From assembly GCA_965644295.1 (NCBI GenBank), contig CBFFRP010000296.1, positions 124,001 through 188,000 on the forward strand: 64,000 nt of DNA, written 5' to 3'. Position 1 is the first letter of the stretch; each line of letters opens with the position of its first letter. Positions 26,976 through 39,822 of the stretch are shown here, in pieces. A model generated the notes under the pieces. The model was not told the origin of the DNA. It searched no databases and saw nothing but the letters and a program-made list of their open reading frames with translations. The position numbers and the translations under genes were made by a program. The DNA is from Paraphysomonas bandaiensis. Taxonomy: Eukaryota; Protista; Chrysophyceae.

Positions 26976-28248
26976 AATCAACTATTGTTGTTATTACGAG
27001 CACAATGCGGTAGTGTAAGTGCTTTCAGTTTAGGACAAAGTCTAGCCTGTATTGATATTAGAGTGTTTTAGTATGCTATTTAGCTATTTAGAGTGTAACA
27101 TTGCTTGTGTCTGCATTCAGATAAAAGGAACACTTATTTACTTAAGTAACTTTGGATTGTATTACCTTAAATACGTTTTAATTCTCCCTCGGCATTATCC
27201 CTCCCATTCTGTTTCCATGCAAAAGTAAGTATCTTAACATCTTGCTATGTCGTATGGGTCGCAAGTACTACTTCTTTACACCAGTATTCATGAACAACAC
27301 ATTTATTGTAAACCAATATAAAACCAAAGTAAATTACAAATAATGACATTGAAGCGAACTACTTTCACTGTATTAGAGCCATACCAACGACCAACGACCG
27401 ATGGTCTATAGTACTTTCTCATTCCAAAGTATTTCTTTAATATTGAGAGGTTGGACTCTATCGCTTGACACCCTACAATTGACAGTGTGGCCATAGTGTA
27501 GTCTCGCTGGTACACGACACATAACACCAAGATTTCCCGCAGCTTCTACGTTGTCACACACCCGCCAACCCGTTCACCGTCTTGGCTGTCCATCCAGATT
27601 GTGTACGGTCTATCCTACTGTCTCGTGTTCGCCTTACAAAGATTACACGGGATTTCTCGAAGCCATGCATGACTCAGTATAGGCCTAGCATAGCATTGAC
27701 CAAGAACCCTCCTCCCCGAGAATGCGAGGGGATTCTCGTAATCATGTTCGGACTATGCAAGTATGGTGTAGATCTAGCTGTAGATGCTATAAAACTCTTA
27801 CTAGTTGAAGTCATATTGAGGTCAGAGTGCATGCGCTGATAGCAGTGATGAAAACTATTCGAAGTGCTCAGGATAGTGCACATGATGATACACCGTGCCT
27901 ATAATTGTCTGTAGATTATTGTCCAGCCCTTGATTTGCAGATCAGACCCATGCCATCGCTACACACTGCCAGGATATGGAGCTATACTGGTATACTACTC
28001 CCGCACGGCGGTATATTACCAGTATACAGCAGCACCAACACGAGCAGCAGGGACATGTATGGGTATACGGTGTATTTCTAGTGTATTTTTTGCATCTTCT
28101 TTCACACTGCTGTGTCGTGTGCGTCGTTGTCCACTTCTTCTTCATCTTCTTTTGCTTCTTGCTTCTGCGTAAGTCAATTGTGGGTGGAATGATACGATAC
28201 CATACTACTGTCAAGCTACATACACAGATGTAAGTATCATAGAGACAT

Positions 28249-29031
28249 ATGGACGAAGTTACTATGACACTTCGTGGGGTGGCTTGCACCTTGAATGGTT
28301 ACTGCAAATGTATGGTGAAGTACGGCATCCAGGGTGCGAAGAACGTGGCCAGAAACTTCTTTGAAGGCGAAATATTTCAAAAGAAGTTGCAAAGAATTTT
28401 CTACGAGGCAGATATTGACCATAACGGTTTGCTGGATAAACACGAAACATACACTCTCGTATTGCACCTCTACCTGCTCATCGCACAGAAGACTATGGTG
28501 GTTGCACGGCATATACCATCAAAGGAGGATGTTGTGGAGCTAATCAAGCTAGCAGATATTAAAAATAGCGGCACGATAAACTACAAGGAGTTCAAGAAGT
28601 TATGTCTGTATCTGTGTGAGGGTGTGGCGGTTCAGTTGATCACACAGTTAGTGTTCACAATTTTAGTTACACCATTTTTGGCAATATGGTTATTACATGC
28701 AGCGAAGTGGTTGCTCAACGCAATACCCACACTGCAGCTGCTTCTTTTGGCAGTTCCAGGATTCCTACTTAGTGATAAAATTGGTGTGATGATGCTCGCA
28801 CCCATGCTTAATTTCTTGCTCTTTCCCTACATCTTGGAATATGTGTTCCTCGTTTTAGCGCAAATCAACCCCAATCACCCAAAATTTGAAATAAATTTAT
28901 CGAAACATCAAATAATGCCTCTAGTAGCGGTGCCTTCATCAAATGAGGACAGCGATAGCTCATCTGGTGATGGTATTATTGAAGAAAATAATGCCTCGGA
29001 GAAGTATTGCCTTCACCACAAGAAAGAATAA
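28249..29031 (+). CDS. EF-hand pair plus two TM helices, hypothetical
   Basis: ADIDHNGLLDKHE and ADIKNSGTINYKEF, followed by hydrophobic helices. Confidence 0.8.
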   Translation: MDEVTMTLRGVACTLNGYCKCMVKYGIQGAKNVARNFFEGEIFQKKLQRIFYEADIDHNGLLDKHETYTLVLHLYLLIAQKTMVVARHIPSKEDVVELIKLADIKNSGTINYKEFKKLCLYLCEGVAVQLITQLVFTILVTPFLAIWLLHAAKWLLNAIPTLQLLLLAVPGFLLSDKIGVMMLAPMLNFLLFPYILEYVFLVLAQINPNHPKFEINLSKHQIMPLVAVPSSNEDSDSSSGDGIIEENNASEKYCLHHKKE

Positions 29032-29434
29032 GTAAAAAAACATTTCGATGTAATTTGCGTGTAAATATTTCTATACTTGAAAGAAGTATATATTTGATTT
29101 AAAAATCGTAATCATTGGGCACTGTGTAGTAAATCGATTGCATATATATAGTAATTCATAATTCAACAGCACAGTTTGTTTAGCTGCAGTTATTTTTCAA
29201 CAGTTCTACTACATGCATAGGGTTACGTCAGATTTGAAAGCGTAATACTACATGAACTTTCATGATGATTTTTCCTTTCATGTATTTCTATATAGTTACT
29301 AATGAAGAAGTGTACTGCACATAAAGATGCAAGAATATAGATTTCAATTTAGAATCTAGACATAAAACTTTTCAATACCGCTAATTATTATACCAATTCC
29401 CTCATATATAACGCACGACAATTCTATATTCACA

Positions 29435-32400
29435 CTACCATGTGTCTATCATATGTCTATTTCTAGGCTCTCGTTCGGAGCATTTTCCTGCAGACTTTAA
29501 AGCAGTCAATATCCACTTACGCGATTCTGCTGGATCAATTACTGCGTCAATTTCAAAGGCAGTTGCATAATTAACCGCCTTTCCGACTTCATACAACTGC
29601 TTTACACGCTTTTCGAATAGAGATTTCCTTTCTTCGGGATCATTTATATTTTCTAACTCCTTGCGATGGCCTAAGGTAACGGCACCCTCTAGACCCATTC
29701 CTCCAAATTCCCCTGTTGGCCAAGATATAGTAAAATTTGTCGACTTAAAACTCCCACCAGCCATAGCCTGAGCACCCAAGCCATAGGCCTTGCGAAGCAC
29801 TATCGTGAACACAGGCACATTTATACTTCCAGCTGTCACAAAAATTCGTGCTGCATGTCTAACGAGGGCAGTTTTCTCAGCATCAGGACCCACCATAATC
29901 CCAGGTGTGTCGCAGAGACTAAGTATTGGCAAGTCGAATGCGTCACATAGCTGCATGAACCGAGCCGCCTTGTCTGCCCCATCGCTCGTAATCGCCCCTG
30001 ATAAATGCGTAGGATTATTCGCAATCAGCCCCATTGGACGACCTTCTATCCGTACCAAGGCCGTGATCATGCCAGGAGCGAATTCCCTCCGCAACACCAT
30101 TACAGAATTTACATCTGCTAAAGCTGAAATGACATTTAGAGTATCGTATACCCGCAAACGGTTCTCAGGAATTATATGTCGAAGATTGCGCTGATCACAG
30201 CATTCCCATTCACTCAATGGACCTTGGAAATAAGATAAATACTTCTTGGCCATATCCATTGCTTCCGCTTCATTTTGGACAAGTATATCAACAACGCCAT
30301 TAGGGACTTGCACAGATACCGGTCCAATCTCCTCCGGAGAAAATTTTCCAAGGCCTCCACCCTCGATCATTGCAGGCCCCCCCATCCCGATATTCGCATC
30401 GGCTGTCGCAATTACGACATCACTAGATCCCAGGAGTGCTGCATTGCCTGCAAAACATCTTCCAGAAGCAATTCCTACTCTTGGTACAACTCCACTCAAC
30501 TCGGCGTAGAGACGAAATGCCATACAATCCAGTCCTGCCAAGAGGTGCGTGTCTGTATCACCGGGGCGTCCTCCCCCTCCTTCCGCCAATAATATCACCG
30601 GTAATCTCAAACGACGGGCTATGTCAAACATACGATCCTTCTTATGATGATTCCTTATCCCTTGGGTTCCAGCGAGAACCATATAGTCGTAGCTTATCAC
30701 CACACACTGGGTGGGATACTTTTCGCCATAAATTGCGCCATTTACACTTCCAATGCCGCATACCATTCCATCTCCTGGAGTGTTATGAATCAAGTCGTCA
30801 AACGAGCGCTTTCTGCGTTGTGCAGCTATGGCCAGCGCCCCATACTCCACAAACGTGTCATCATCAACTAAGTCAGACAAATTCTCGCGGGCAGTACGAT
30901 GATTCATTTTATGGCGCTTTTCGACAGCATCACATCGCATGGAATCGCCACCCAAGCTCACACGATGCTGCAGTTCTTTCAAATCCATCCGAACGTAATC
31001 CAAATTCACATCCGATCCCAAATTACTGGTGCCCTCCGAAGAACAATCACTTGGCTCTATATAGCATACCACCTTGTTGGCTTGCACAATAATTCCCACT
31101 TCAACACAAAAATTGCGAATTACGCCACTCACAGGAGCTACAATCACATGCTCCATCTTCATCGCTTCGATGACAGCAACTTCATCACCAGCGTTCACGA
31201 AGTCAGACTCAGATCTATGTTTCGCCACAATACGCCCCTGCATTGGAGTTGAAATGACAATTAAATTATCAGAAAGGGAAGAAACATCACAGCCATCTGG
31301 TGAGTCAGAAGAAGCCAGTGAAAATTGTGGAGAAATAAAGTATTTCGCCCCAGCAGCAGATTTACTTGCGATAGTGGATCTATATAATTGCTGCAGACAG
31401 TCGTCAACGTATCGCGTGTGTACACTATTTCTTTTTACATCCTCTCTATCCAGTAGCGCAATGAGAAACGACAAGTTTGTGTCAATTCCTTCAATACGAC
31501 ATTCCGCCAATGCTCTCCTCATTTTGTGAATACATTCCGAGAACATATTGCTTCTCGAGTACACTATGATCTTTGCCAATAAAGAATCATAGTTTGAAGA
31601 CGTTTGGTAGCCGCTGTACGCCAAAGTGTCTACCCGTATATTTTGACCAAACGGTGGCTCGAACACCTGTATTATTCCATCGGTTGGCATGAATACTCCG
31701 GACTCAGACAATCGCTCCATATTGATGCGTGACTGGATGGCATACCCACTCTTGCCAATGGAACGAATAGAATTTGAAGAGGGTTGTTTTTCTTCAGTAA
31801 AAAAATCAAATGCACGAATCTTATCCCCAGCTGCAATTCGTAGCTGCGTCTGAACGACATCAACACCAGATACCATTTCTGTCACCGTGTGCTCTACTTG
31901 CAATCGAGAGTTTGTTTCTATGAAGTAGTACTCACCAGATTCCATATCCACCAAGAATTCAAACGTTCCTAAACTTTGATAAGAAGTTTCACGGGCCATT
32001 TTAAGAGCTGCGTCAGTAATAGCCTGTCTCAAGAAGGGGTCGTTCGATAACGTCGGAGATGGTGCAACTTCGATCAGCTTCTGATAACTTCTCTGCAAAG
32101 AGCACTCACGGTCACCAAGACTAAAAACATCCGTCCCATCACCAACTATCTGAACCTCAATATGTTTAGCATGCGGTAAAAACATCTCCATGTACAATCT
32201 ACTATCTCCAAACGATGCCTCCGCTTCACGTCGACACTGGGAATACAATTCAGGTAAGTTCGAAATATCATCGACAACGCGCATTCCCCTGCCACCCCCC
32301 CCTGAACAAGCCTTGATAACTGCCTTTGCATGCACAGGCAAAGAATTTACGAACTCGATTGCTTCATCAATAGTAGTACACTCTGTTCTCGATTGACGAT

Positions 32401-32890
32401 CCGTGTCAGCGAGAGTGCCAGGAAGAACTGGTACACCACACGTCACAGCTAGCTGACGAGCCCGTGATTTGTCTCCAAACAAGGCCAGCTGTGACTGTGT
32501 AGGCCCAACAAATGCAATCCCGGATTGGTGGCACAAATGGGCAAACTCAGAGCTCTCGCTGAGAAAACCGTAACCCGGATGAACAGCACTGCAGCCGGTG
32601 TCTCTTGCGATGCGCACTATCTGCTCAGAATCCAAATAAGCTCTCGGTCCAACCCCTCTCAGAGCAATGCACTCATCCACTCGGCGGGTGTGCAGGCACG
32701 AGGCATCATCCTCCGCATATATGCCGACTGTTTGAATGTCGAGATCAGCGGCCGCTCTGGCGATACGAATACATATCTCTCCTCTGTTAGCTATAAGAAG
32801 CCTACGACCCAAACCACTCACACAACTAAACACACGACAACGAGAACGAATACGAGGAGATATCCTCCTGAAGGACAATGACACCGACAT
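29435..32890 (-). CDS. Single-chain biotin-dependent acyl-CoA carboxylase (BC-BCCP-CT, LCC-type), intronless, putative mitochondrial presequence
   Basis: LIANRGEI, HPGYGFLSE, GGGGRGMR, RECSLQR, RLQVEH, EAMKM biotin site, AEGGGGRPGDTD, DTPGIMVGP, IDTW end; Arg/Ser-rich N-terminus. Confidence 0.92.
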   Translation of the reverse strand: MSVSLSFRRISPRIRSRCRVFSCVSGLGRRLLIANRGEICIRIARAAADLDIQTVGIYAEDDASCLHTRRVDECIALRGVGPRAYLDSEQIVRIARDTGCSAVHPGYGFLSESSEFAHLCHQSGIAFVGPTQSQLALFGDKSRARQLAVTCGVPVLPGTLADTDRQSRTECTTIDEAIEFVNSLPVHAKAVIKACSGGGGRGMRVVDDISNLPELYSQCRREAEASFGDSRLYMEMFLPHAKHIEVQIVGDGTDVFSLGDRECSLQRSYQKLIEVAPSPTLSNDPFLRQAITDAALKMARETSYQSLGTFEFLVDMESGEYYFIETNSRLQVEHTVTEMVSGVDVVQTQLRIAAGDKIRAFDFFTEEKQPSSNSIRSIGKSGYAIQSRINMERLSESGVFMPTDGIIQVFEPPFGQNIRVDTLAYSGYQTSSNYDSLLAKIIVYSRSNMFSECIHKMRRALAECRIEGIDTNLSFLIALLDREDVKRNSVHTRYVDDCLQQLYRSTIASKSAAGAKYFISPQFSLASSDSPDGCDVSSLSDNLIVISTPMQGRIVAKHRSESDFVNAGDEVAVIEAMKMEHVIVAPVSGVIRNFCVEVGIIVQANKVVCYIEPSDCSSEGTSNLGSDVNLDYVRMDLKELQHRVSLGGDSMRCDAVEKRHKMNHRTARENLSDLVDDDTFVEYGALAIAAQRRKRSFDDLIHNTPGDGMVCGIGSVNGAIYGEKYPTQCVVISYDYMVLAGTQGIRNHHKKDRMFDIARRLRLPVILLAEGGGGRPGDTDTHLLAGLDCMAFRLYAELSGVVPRVGIASGRCFAGNAALLGSSDVVIATADANIGMGGPAMIEGGGLGKFSPEEIGPVSVQVPNGVVDILVQNEAEAMDMAKKYLSYFQGPLSEWECCDQRNLRHIIPENRLRVYDTLNVISALADVNSVMVLRREFAPGMITALVRIEGRPMGLIANNPTHLSGAITSDGADKAARFMQLCDAFDLPILSLCDTPGIMVGPDAEKTALVRHAARIFVTAGSINVPVFTIVLRKAYGLGAQAMAGGSFKSTNFTISWPTGEFGGMGLEGAVTLGHRKELENINDPEERKSLFEKRVKQLYEVGKAVNYATAFEIDAVIDPAESRKWILTALKSAGKCSEREPRNRHMIDTW

Positions 32891-32988
32891 TGCTGTGAAT
32901 GATTGAATATACCATACACACCAGAGAGGAGGATACTGTACCTGAACCAACACACAGCGCACAAGATACGCCCCACCCTACACTGCAG

Positions 32989-33249
32989 TACATACATACA
33001 TACATACATACATACATACATACATACATACATACATACATACATACATACATACATACATACATACATACATACATACATACATACATACATACATACA
33101 TACATACATACATACATACATACATACATACATACATACATACATACATACATACATACATACATACATACATACATACATACATACATACGTACATACA
33201 TACATACATACATACATACATACATACATACATACATACATACATACAT
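32989..33249. repeat. (CATA)n microsatellite about 100 bp upstream of the carboxylase
   Basis: Direct reading. Confidence 0.99.
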
Positions 33250-34070
33250 GTACATGTAGTGTGAAGCTACGTATTCTCTGTATACTGTGTGAATGGTATA
33301 CATAGGTATACGTGTGCGTATATGGGAGTATACCTCTGAGTCACTTCGAAGTGAATGTGATGTGGATATATGCATATATGAGTACATGATTCAGAGGCTC
33401 TGCTGCTGCCTCTACTCACAGACACGAGTGAGGACTATCAACAGTGTGTGGTCATAGTGGTGTATAGTGGTGTGTGCTCCTCATGAGGAGAGAGACTCGT
33501 ATGATCATATGAATAATACCGCAGCAGATACACACACATACATACAGAACACCCACACACATATACATGCATAGACCGCATGGAGCACCTGACTAACGCT
33601 CATATATACCCTTCTCATGATGAAGGCGTTGTCATATTGGCTTCATAGCCTATCCACTCACATACACATGTTCTGTCCAGCGCACTGCAAGCACATCATC
33701 TCTATCATAGAGGACATCATTGAGGTTGAAGCAGTCTGGATGCGGGTCATTGTCGTTGACAGGTGACAGTAGCGCTGCAATGTCCGTACATCACTCTGTA
33801 AGTATATGTTGCTGATTTAATCTCACTGCTCTCTGTCTATGTGTTTACACGTACATCAAGATGAGTAGATCAGAAGTGGATGTAAGTGTAATCGCATGCT
33901 GTATATCCACTTACATACTGTAGTAGCTAAGAAATTGTAACGTTTTATATGCACTGCTTAAAGTTAAATAAGTATCATCTATCTATCAATGCTGTACAAG
34001 TTTTATTTGCAGATTGTATCGTACAAACTACCACACGAAACTGTATGTTTTTGTTTTACCTTATAATTAT

Positions 34071-34270
34071 GGGATGTTTTATTCAACCTAGTCAAATTGG
34101 TGTAATTTTCCAAGTCACACCAAATTTGTAAAAAAATCTAGTCATTCAATGATGCAGTTTACAATGACTAGGTGTTTAAGGGTATTCACCTTGTCAAAAA
34201 TAAAAAATTTCACTCAAACATGAGAGCATACTCTAGCAATCAATTAATGAAAATACAACCATTGCACACA
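34071..34270. mobile_element. Truncated inverted copy of the right end of the 7284-7929 MITE
   Basis: gggatgttttattcaacctagtcaaa; actcaaacatgagagcatactctagc matches the reverse complement of 7725-7750. Confidence 0.85.
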
Positions 34271-34541
34271 ACATGGCTACCATAGACAATAAACTTTATA
34301 TCTAAATGTAGTAATCAATTAAATGGCTTCAGGGATATATTATTATATATTAATATAATTAGGTCGCATCAGAGATCCAACAACTGTAATAATTGCACAA
34401 TTTCAAATATATAATATGTATAAGTACAAGCATAAGCATGCATTATTGCGCGTATGGCGATTAAATACAAAATTCACATCGAGCACTTTCATATTGGCTA
34501 CTCAGTCGTAAGCTAGTAATATTAATATATCTGGTAAGTAA

Positions 34542-36456
34542 CTAGCTAATGTGATGTATCCAGTACTCTCCCCTTGTTGATATACTTTTTGCTTTTCACT
34601 TTACGCTTTCGTGGTGTGTTAGATCCAGGCCCGCCCGTATTAGTGCGAGACGGCGTACGAGAATCATAACGAGCAAATGATGGTGCCGTGGTACCAAATT
34701 TTAGCATAGCCTTCATCTTTTCATCTGCCCAACTTTGACTCTCTGGAACCCAGCGATGAATATACCTTCATGTCCACAATTACTCCCACTAAAATATATT
34801 CCGCCACACATACCTGTATTCTGGATCATAATTCTTTGTTTGCTTCAATACGTTGAAGTATCGATCTTCTCTGGGATCACTACCTACCCCTGCAGCATAT
34901 GTCCAATTTCCCCAATTAAGGCAGACGTCATGATCAATTAGGAGGCTCTCGAAGTGCATAGCCCCAAGTCTCCAGTCCACACACATGTCCCTAGTCAAGT
35001 ACGAGGCAACAATTTGTCGACCGCGATTAGACATATAACCCGTGTTCAGTAACTCACGCATATTGGCATCTACCATAGGGTTTCCAGTGCACCCAAGCCG
35101 CCACATTTCTAATTTTCTCAAGTCTTCGTCGGTGACGGGACCCCATACCTTTTGGGATTTTCCCTTCGGTCCATATTTCTTGAACACCGAGCTACCATGT
35201 GCTCTGGCATAATATTTGAAATAGTCTCTAAATGTTAGTTCAAATATTAACCAATAAGTGTCCTTGTTCTTGACCCGGGTCTGTTCATAAGCTCGAACCT
35301 CTGCAGCAATGCGCCGAGGTGATAAGCATCCTGTAGCCAGCCAAGGCGACAGTTTGGTGCTGTAGTCTTCGCCCAGCATGCCGTTACGAGTGCGGAAATA
35401 TGTCTTCAAAAGGTCTTTTTCCCATAAGTAATAGTGGAGGCGCCGAAGGGCTTCATTTTCTCCACCATGGTAGCGGACTTCGGAATGTGTTTCGATACCT
35501 GTCCAATGATCCTGATGAGGCCCCATGCCCATAAGGTCGTGAAGAGATGGCATCTCTCCCTCTTCAACATCACCACCATCATTACCGGTGGTTTGGGATA
35601 CCTTTTCAGGGCAAGGCTTGAACAAGAGACGACTGCCTATTGGAGTGGGGTGTAAGGGTCCAGCTAGGGGATTGCGTATACATGAATTTCCTGCAAACAA
35701 ATGCACGCTGTTTATCAGATACGCATTCGTACAATCTACCATGCAATCAACACAAGTGAATCTGTAGGACGCGATATACAGGTAACACTGTCGTCTATCT
35801 AGACACGTATATGTGTGTGCATGCGTACATCATTTCATACCTTCGCACTGTGTTCTGAACTGGGTTGCAGTTGGAGGAAAGTTCCCAAACTGTTTCACGT
35901 TTCCGTCTAGAGGAATATCTCTAGTGTCAGGTAACGGCACTAAGAACGGAAGATCATCAATGTGATATAACGTGTTGTCCCATAAGGGCACAAGTAGGGC
36001 ACTGCTGCCAATTTCAGTTGCAATCGCATTTTGAACGTCTCTTTCCTCCGTCGCCTCTGCTTCTGTGCAGTATATGGTAGACACATCGTACTGCTTTGCC
36101 AACTGAGGGATTATAACCTCTGGAATCCCCATCCGTACAAATAGTTTTTGGTCGATACTGGTGCTTTCGGGCCCACTCAGAGAAGCGATGGCGATATTCT
36201 CTCGAAGATCTTTGACAGAGCTCAGAAGAAATTCCGTTTTGAATAGTCCCATCTTCCTCCATCCGACACGAGGGAGAGACCGGGAGAAGTCAATTGTACC
36301 TTTGTAGTTCCGCTCATCAAAGCAAAAGACGTGAATGACTCTGTCGTGTGTAGTGTGGGCTCTGTGAAGGGCCGCATGATCGTCTAGTCGTAAATCGCAA
36401 TGACGGAACCACACCATGCCGACACCTCTCGACCTGCTGCCTGCGGTGACACTCAT
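34542..36456 (-). CDS. Cryptochrome DASH, 2 introns
   Basis: WFRHCDLRLDDH, YFRTRNGMLGEDYSTKLSPWLATGCLSPR, GYMSNRGRQIVAS, NWGNWTYAAGVGSDPREDRYFN. Confidence 0.93.
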
Positions 36457-36756
36457 GGTAATGGATTTGGACTGGGGAGATGTGGAGGGTGAATAGAGTC
36501 ATCGGAATGGACGTGTTAGTGGTGTTCTTCTGTTACTAAGATATGACGCATGACAGCACAGGCCGGTCCTCGTCTCTCTGCACTCTTCCCCCCCCCAACA
36601 CACACATACACATACTACACACATACGTAGTGGAAAGCATATACTGCTGTATACACTGTATACCTGTGTACACTGCTGCTGGTAGAGCTTCAGTGGACAG
36701 GTCCGTGTGCTGTCCACTGATCAGCCAATCACTGACTGCATGACATATCTATAGCC

Positions 36757-37030
36757 AGGAATGTCTTATTACTAGTAATAGGCTTCTAAGAGTCAGCGCC
36801 AAACTCTGATATTCTACTATTTAATGCTACGAAAGCTGCTTGTGCGTCACCGCAAGCAAGAAGGTGCAACCACTTTTGCTCTATCACTAAAAGCAAAGCA
36901 CAATGTTGATATACCTGACATCTGCCGACTTCAGGATTTTTGAGTCCTAAAGGTGATCAGCTTGCTTCTTTAGTGACCCTTGTACCACACAACACACAAG
37001 CATTAGGATATGACTGGGAAGAAATTGGGA
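36757..37030 (-). mobile_element. 3' portion of repeat family R
   Basis: ctactatttaatgctacgaaagctgcttgtgcgtcaccgcaagc block and end gaatgtcttattactagtaataggc. Confidence 0.75.
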
Positions 37031-37707
37031 CGTCAAACTATAATAAAGCTAAAGAAGAGATTTGGGTGGAGCAACCTGTCGCAGCATGCTATCAAACATG
37101 ATGGATGGAAATAAAGTTTTGGCTGCCCAGCGAAGTGGTGGTGCGATGGATAAATATGTCAAGCGCAAAGTATCACCTCAAGGTCGATCTCCACGACGTT
37201 TACATATTATTTGACGAAGTCATCATAAGAAGGTACCCTATTGTCAAGCGTCATCAGGGCGACGATGCTGCTATTATTCATAACGCTGCTTTCGAAAAGG
37301 CAGTCGTGAAGATTGAATGTGGCAATTAGCCGCACTAACTCGGATGAGGATAAAGAAGGTGATGACAGTGAGATTCTAGTTCAGAATGACGACGTAGCGC
37401 AAGCGGAAGCACGTCTTAACCAGTAAATTCGTTACTTGCATGCCACAAGCAATAAGGTTGAAAGGCCGTTTCGTAAAGCTAAGATTGGTATAACAGATTT
37501 GCGCAAGAGTATGACTGCTCGGCATTTAGAGCTACTTATGTTTTTACACATGAGCCGTCGCCTATGGAATGAAATGACAGTTGAGGTAGCTATATTGGCA
37601 GCTAAAGTAGTTTAGTATTAAATAATTTCCATAATTGAAATTGAGACAGCAAGTAATAATTGCAATTATATTTGACTGCAATCTGTATCAATTGATACAC
37701 AGTCCTG
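37030..37707 (+). pseudogene. Degenerate hAT transposase C-terminus with right TIR
   Basis: AIIHNAAFEKAVVKI, ATSNKVERPF (dimerisation motif), HLELLMFL; end aattgatacacagtcctg. Confidence 0.7.
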
Positions 37708-37927
37708 GTAAGTCATGAAGTATGAAGTAGCTCTAAATGATTAAAGAGTTAGCTTTATAGTTACAACATTTTGTTTCTTACAAGTAAGTAATATATTTCT
37801 ATCTCGGTCACAAGACTATAACTTCTCCTAACAAATATATAATATATATACCATTTTCTCGTGAAACCAACAGACATTTATAACCCGGTAGCGGCTATAC
37901 AATGATACCCCAACTATAAAACTCAAA

Positions 37928-39651
37928 TTACAATATGTATCCACCCTTACGAAGGCTCTCCACAGCGTTTTCCAGTGCCAATTCAAACGATTTAAGGGAT
38001 ATCTTCATGCGAATCAGTCGATTGGATGCCTGCGCGTCAGTCATACTTCCACTCAAAACAATATTGCCTGCATAATACAATAATACAGGGGTCAGTTTGA
38101 TTCTAATAGCAGTAGAAAACACTATCGATATAAGCCTTATTTCAGACAAATACCTTCGTTTAACAGCTGGTAGTGAAGATTCATGTGCTGTCCTAGCCAC
38201 AGATATATATCGTCCTCTAGAGTTTCGCTCTGTAATTCAATAACTGAGACTCCAGGTGGGGAGAATATTAAATTAGACAAATGAGACGAATGGGGTGTCA
38301 CTAATATATGAAAATTGCAAAATCTTAACGCCTGCATATGAGCTGGTGTTTTGTTGCTGATAAATATAACATCAATAAATTCCTGAGATGTAATCTTGTG
38401 AATAGAAAGAAGCATGCGATCAAAGTTAACAAAACTCTGCGTTCCATCTACTTCGAAATGCTGTAAAATTGCAATCCTTACACTATCGGACTTCGTTACA
38501 TTGCTAACACACTGCATTGTTTCGAGCAAATCGCTATGATACGATTGCAAATATTTCTTGAAAACAGGTTGAACACCCTCTACATGGAACTGATGAGAGT
38601 GGGGCACGCGACCACTACGTACCGGCGGCATATATGCGTGCTGTAGATAGTACGATTGACAGTCTTTGTTGCATTTCAGCAACGGCATCGCTTCAGTGAC
38701 ATTCATCACACGAAGTGTGCGGACTTCTTGGCATACTTCTGCAAGACTAGCATCCAAGGGGAATATCAAATCAGATGATTCCAAGAGCATATTTCTAAGT
38801 GTTGTATTTCCAATTGCTAACCATCTAGAAACGTCATTCGACTCACCACTACTACTACGACGCCTCAACCCGTTCTTCATACTATGCATGTAGTCATCTT
38901 GCAATGTATGTTTGTGCTTCGAGTAGAGACACAAAGGCACAACACGGCGCAGGGCTTTAGATGGAGAATTCCCTGTCTCATACTTCTTCCGAAAATGACT
39001 TCCAGTATCATTAGTACCAACATAAAAATGCGGTTTACGACCGAGCACACTATACAACATCTCATTATACATTATCATAGTGTCTTCACCTGAAATCGAA
39101 TCGTAACCCAAACTTAGGAACTGATGAATGCCATCATGCGATATAATGCTCGTATCACTTGTGTTGAACAGTAGGTTTTGCAAATCAAATATCATCGATG
39201 TGAAGCGACCAAAACTATATGATTCGGACCAATGGTGTACTAACCAAGTGTTTCCATCTAGTGGTGTAAAACCTTGTCTGGCACGTTGGAGAGTGATAAC
39301 CGACGCAACATATTGAAAGGGAGAAAAACAATCACACAGTTCAGGACGAACAGATCCCTCGCATACACCACCGCTCCTCGCAGCCTTATATCTAATATTT
39401 ATACAGCAGTTGAACAAATCACTCGCTGCCTGTTGCCTTTTATGCAACTGAGAAACAACAAAATACATAACCGAAGAGTCGACTGCGATATTATCGAATT
39501 CACAGTGTAACGGTCCTCGTCGATCATCTGATAATGTTACCTTAACACTAGAGTGCCATACCTTACTATCTAGAGCTGCTAATGAGCGGGCAGTGGAGAG
39601 GGTGCCCTCACATATCAACACTAAAAGACCGATGATCAGGTGCAGCCCCAT
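37928..39651 (-). CDS. Glycosyltransferase family 61-like protein, signal/anchor N-terminus, one intron (~38069-38152)
   Basis: QALRFCNFHILVTPHSSHLSNLIFSPPGVSVIEL matches the GT61 HGAxLxN..F..P...VIE pattern. Confidence 0.7.
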
Positions 39652-39822
39652 TACAATAAAAATCGAAAGAAGAGATCAACAACCCACACACTACGTCCAC
39701 ATACAGAAGACACACACCGCTATATATATCTGCAGCAACATAGTACACTAGGAACGAAACATTGGAAAGAGATATACATACATGATAAAACAGAAAACAC
39801 TGACAGAACTGCACACGCAAAT

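Noticed and set aside
27620-27650. U5 snRNA-like cgccttacaaagatt
   Set aside because: Lacks the invariant GCCUUUUAC loop and an evident Sm site
29790-32881. Plus-strand ORFs over the carboxylase (likewise over the NTPase, CRY-DASH and oligopeptidase)
   Set aside because: Antisense shadows with no motifs
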